Source: Candidatus Saccharimonadota bacterium
GTDB taxonomy: Bacteria > Patescibacteriota > Gracilibacteria > Absconditabacterales > Absconditicoccaceae
DNA length: 32,000 nt
NCBI GenBank assembly: GCA_030429145.1
Contig: JAUIDC010000001.1
Span: 360,001 to 392,000, forward strand
Direction of reading: 5' to 3'
Shown: one piece after another, positions 29,132-32,000 of the stretch
How positions within the stretch are numbered: position 1 is the stretch's first letter
How the letters are laid out: the number at the start of each line of letters is the position of its first letter
Translations under genes and position numbers: made by a program
Notes under the pieces: generated by a model
What the model was told of the DNA's origin: nothing
Databases searched by the model: none
What the model saw: only the letters and a program-made list of their open reading frames with translations

Positions 29132-29506
29132 CTAGAAAAGATTGAGAGCAAGTCTCACAAGGATATATGAAAACATTGCGATAGCTATGCCCACCATAGC
29201 ACCAACCATGGTATTTGTTGCTTTTTTCATTTGTGGCTCGTCTCCACGAGCTGTGAGCAACTTGATACCTCACACGATAAGCACAGCCATACAGATCACA
29301 CCAATAGCTATCCAAAGATACTCATTGATAATCTGGATAAGGGAGACAACATCTCCCGAATTACTTGTCACTTCCGACTGTCCGTTTGTAGCTCTTTGGA
29401 TGTCCTGGTAGCCTTGCGCATCTGGCAAAGTAACGTGCAAATTGGTCGCAGCTGCTACACCATATGCAAAGAGAGAACTAACTGTGGTCAATAAAAACTT
29501 TTTCAT
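29132..29506 (-). CDS. VirB2/TrbC-like (CPR-type type IV secretion) pilin, paralog B
   Basis: ATG at 29506 (MKKFLLTTVSSLFAYGVAAA, a signal peptide). It reads through the TGA at 29270..29272 to the TAG at 29132..29134 (124 aa). The C-terminus is a helix-charged loop-helix: WIAIGVICMAVLIV-G-GIKLLTARGDEPQMKKATNTMVGAMVGIAIAMFSYILV. Confidence 0.55.
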
Positions 29507-29513
29507 CTGTCTA

Positions 29514-29999
29514 TTATAAGCTAATTGAAGATCTCGTAATGGATTGGATAAGATTGACGATGGCAAGAGCAGAAAGCGCTATGATAATTCCGACTACTAT
29601 CTTTACAAGATTATCGATAGCCTTCTTTTCTTTTGCCGCATCTCCTTGTGAAAGAGCGTACTGGATACCAACAAATATCCCCATACTTACTCCGATGATG
29701 GCCATCATTCTGAGGAGCCATTTCATAATTCTCACGAGGAGCGGATCTTGTTGTTGCAGAACAGGACCACCTCACACATTTACTGATGTTCCACCACGGA
29801 CAAGGTCATTTCCAACAGCGTTCTTATTGTTTCCTATATCCACCACCGTGTCATATTGCTTTGATTGTTGATAGCTTTGCTCCAATAGATCAAGACCATA
29901 CGCCGATCAGCCAGCGATAATTATGCCTCCAACAACAAAAAGAAACCCAATGATCTTGGATCGTATGCCATGAACCAGCGACCTCGGATTTCTTTGCAT
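29514..29999 (-). CDS. VirB2/TrbC-like (CPR-type type IV secretion) pilin, paralog A
   Basis: ATG at 29999, 2 in-frame TGAs, in frame with track ORF 29514..29735, TAA stop, 161 aa. N-terminal hydrophobic segment IIGFLFVVGGIIIAG. The C-terminus MAIIGVSMGIFVGIQYALSQGDAAKEKKAIDNLVKIVVGIIIALSALAIVNLI aligns with paralog B. Confidence 0.55.
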
Positions 30000-30032
30000 G
30001 GATAGAGCAATAATGTATGTAAACGAGTGTTT

Positions 30033-30443
30033 TTAGATTTGATCGAGCAATGCTTCCGCTTCTTTGTCTTCCTTTTCGTCGAGCTTTGCTTCTGCTTCTC
30101 TGATGTCTTCCACCTTCTTTGCATAACCCATTTCTTGTCGTTTCACAAGATATTTCTTCTTAATCTCTATCTTCTTTTCTTCGTATTTCTTTTCTATCTC
30201 TTCCAGTTTTTGCTTTTCTCTTGCAAGGATATCCTCCAGTTTTGCAATCTGCTCGTCGTTCATCATAGGAAGCAGATTAAACCAACTTTGCTTTTCATCA
30301 GGTTTTTCAATAGACCTCGACTGTAAAAGCATAGATACAAGACCTGCCTTTTTTTCAATAAACTGATCAGGAATATTGTATTGAGCCGCGATATCCCAAA
30401 GAGCCTGTGGTAGATGTTTTTGTATCAGTTGTGTGTTGGCCAT
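30033..30443 (-). CDS. hypothetical coiled-coil protein
   Basis: 136-aa ORF with a K/E-rich C-terminal half and a TAA stop. It lies in the same operon-like string as pilT. Confidence 0.55.
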   Translation of the reverse strand: MANTQLIQKHLPQALWDIAAQYNIPDQFIEKKAGLVSMLLQSRSIEKPDEKQSWFNLLPMMNDEQIAKLEDILAREKQKLEEIEKKYEEKKIEIKKKYLVKRQEMGYAKKVEDIREAEAKLDEKEDKEAEALLDQI

Positions 30444-30448
30444 TGTTA

Positions 30449-30634
30449 TGATTTTTTCATAAAGCTATCTAAATCCTTCTCTGCTTTTGCCGAAGATATT
30501 TCACTCTCCTTGTCAGATATTTCCTTGATAGTAGGTATCTTTTCGTATGATTGCAACGCTTTCTTTTTCATCTCTCTTATCTTTTTAGAAGAGACGTGCT
30601 GGCGCTGTGTTCATGATATATATACCTCATTCAT
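30449..30634 (-). CDS. small hypothetical K/E-rich protein
   Basis: The ATG at 30634..30632 overlaps the pilT TAA by 1 nt (TAATG). 61 aa with one TGA. Its TAA lies 3 nt before the next gene's ATG. Supported only by this tight coupling. Confidence 0.35.
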
Positions 30635-31716
30635 TATCTTCCCATCGTATTATTGAGGATAAATGATACTGTTTCAGCGGCAACGATTCCCTTTTCTACC
30701 AGTCTTTGTGCGTACTGTTTCATAGAGATCATTCCCGAACTATTGTTTGTTTCGATAATATTGTCAATTTGTGAGATAGCGCGTTTCGCTATGTTGTTTC
30801 TTGTAGCGAGGGTATTAACCATAAGTTCAAACACTCCCACTCTCGATTTTCCGTCAGCCGCTTTCACGAGGAATTGAGACTGCACTCCGATAAGAGCATC
30901 AGCTAAACGGTCTGCGACACTGTCTTGGATTTCTGGAGAAAAGAATGACATAAATCTATTTACCGTCAACGCTGCTGATGAAGTATGCAGAGTAGAGAAA
31001 ACCAGATGCCCTGTCTCCGCAAGAGAGAGCACTGACTCTGCTGTTTCTTTATCACGAATTTCTCCAACAAAAATGACATTCGGGTCTTCACGCATCGTTG
31101 ATCTCAATGCATTCATAAACGACCACGTATCGTGACCAACCTCTCTTTGTGAGATAATTGACTTGTCTGCCTTGAAAATAAACTCAATAGGATCCTCGAT
31201 GGTAATAATGTTTTCGGCTCTGGTTGAGTTGATGTGTTCTATCATAGAAACGATAGAGGTTGACTTACCTGACCCAGTAGGACCTGTCACAAGCATAAGA
31301 CCTGTCTTCTTTGCGAGGATCTTTTGCTTGATAGTTTCTGCAACGTCTGAGAACATCAAATCATTCAACTCTTTTGCAACGGAGTTAATCTTTCTCATGA
31401 CGATTCCGATTTTTCCGAGCTTGAAGTAAGCATTGACTCTGTACGGAGTTCCGTCCATAGAAACATACGAAAAATCGGCTTCCTTGTCACCAACGAACTT
31501 CTCATATGCTTTCTGATTTCCCTTCATAAGGTGCTTAAGCATGATTTCTACATACTCTTCAGCAAGCTTACTTGTTTTCTCATACTTTTGTATTTCTCCA
31601 TTTACACGGAAAGAGATATACTCATCTGATGAGATGTGGATGTCAGAGACCGCTTCGTTAGAAGAGATTTTCGAGAGGATCGCCTCGATATTGATCTCTT
31701 TTTCAAAATTTACCAT
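30634..31716 (-). CDS. pilT: type IV pilus retraction ATPase PilT
   Basis: 360-aa ORF with Walker A LVTGPTGSGKST, IITIEDPIEF, MREDPNVIFVGEIRD and GHLVFSTLHTSSA. No TGA. Confidence 0.9.
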   Translation of the reverse strand: MVNFEKEINIEAILSKISSNEAVSDIHISSDEYISFRVNGEIQKYEKTSKLAEEYVEIMLKHLMKGNQKAYEKFVGDKEADFSYVSMDGTPYRVNAYFKLGKIGIVMRKINSVAKELNDLMFSDVAETIKQKILAKKTGLMLVTGPTGSGKSTSIVSMIEHINSTRAENIITIEDPIEFIFKADKSIISQREVGHDTWSFMNALRSTMREDPNVIFVGEIRDKETAESVLSLAETGHLVFSTLHTSSAALTVNRFMSFFSPEIQDSVADRLADALIGVQSQFLVKAADGKSRVGVFELMVNTLATRNNIAKRAISQIDNIIETNNSSGMISMKQYAQRLVEKGIVAAETVSFILNNTMGR

Positions 31717-31748
31717 CCTTTTGTTTTATAGAGAATAAACATACTTAA

Positions 31749-31777
31749 AGTATACTCTTCTCCTAGAAAATTGTCAA
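31749..31777 (-). promoter_or_regulatory. sigma70-type promoter for pilT (TTGACA-17 nt-TATACT)
   Basis: Minus strand: TTGACA (31777..31772), a 17-nt spacer, then TATACT (31754..31749). It is about 30 nt upstream of the pilT ATG. Confidence 0.6.
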
Positions 31778-31796
31778 AAAACTGTCGGCTATTTAC

Positions 31797-32000
31797 CTAC
31801 CCCCACAATTTCGCTATTCACAGTGTCAGAAAAACAAGTATAGTATGCGTAAACGACGAAATGCCGCTTATTTTCTGCGTTGTTTGATAGTTTTCCATCA
31901 ATCTTTTTCTAAATTCCTTCGTAAAAATCTCTTTTTTTAGTAGATCTTCCAAATAGTCCATGTTTTCTTGTATTTGAGGAAAGTAGCTCATATATGTGGC
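31797..32000 (-). CDS. hypothetical protein, 3' end (or a short ORF from the ATG near 31991)
   Basis: The frame is open from the window edge: ...YMSYFPQIQENMDYLEDLLKKEIFTKEFRKRLMENYQTTQKISGISSFTHTILVFLTL-G(TGA)-IAKLWG, ending at the TAG at 31797..31799. No family recognised. Confidence 0.3.

Noticed and set aside
1-32000. Alternative explanations for the many in-frame TGAs: pseudogene decay, or UGA=Trp (table 4).
   Set aside because: Only TGA interrupts genes, never TAA or TAG, and the frames stay intact over hundreds of codons. The interrupted positions are invariant Gly residues (GGGTGGH, GPPGSGKT, EETG, YGGGAGM), not Trp.

Overview
This window is a gene-dense chromosomal segment from a bacterium that reads UGA as glycine (translation table 25, as used by the CPR lineages Gracilibacteria/BD1-5 and Absconditabacteria/SR1). 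The supplied standard-code ORF track is therefore badly fragmented. About 85-90 in-frame TGA codons (hand count) join the fragments into full-length genes. Many of these TGAs fall on invariant glycines: the MurG GGGTGGH loop, the ComM Walker A GPPGSGKT, the Nudix REVGEETG box, TrmD YGGGAGM and TLGGE, and the CsaB GGGE motif.

Contents, re-translated by hand:
- tRNA-Pro/Ile/Phe followed by tuf-rpsJ-rplC-rplD on the minus strand.
- A SAM methyltransferase, a Nudix hydrolase and an FNR-like reductase.
- trmD, tyrS and rsmA.
- A 1116-aa SLH-domain surface (S-layer-like) protein.
- tRNA-Arg, then comEC, a CsaB-like pyruvyl transferase and a 787-aa secreted protein with three lamin-tail-like domains and 20 UGA-Gly codons.
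- A 770-aa extremely acidic membrane protein.
- xerC/D, comFC, tRNA-Val, murG, comM and ppaC.
- A DUF1294 protein.
- A roughly 370-nt promoter-to-terminator unit with no ORF (candidate structured RNA).
- A membrane-anchored CPHC thioredoxin, two paralogous VirB2/TrbC-like pilins and pilT.

Main points of interest:
- The recoding itself and its very uneven use between genes.
- A dispersed DNA-uptake gene set centred on the multi-LTD protein.
- Helically phased TGTCAA direct repeats (Pho-box-like) in two clusters flanking that gene.
- Pairing of an SLH protein with CsaB.
- A comEC 3' end forced into tRNA-Arg, and a comFC with no canonical start codon.
- The unclassified RNA candidate.

No rRNA, CRISPR array or clear mobile element was seen. 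All coordinates and translations are hand-derived and no database search was possible.
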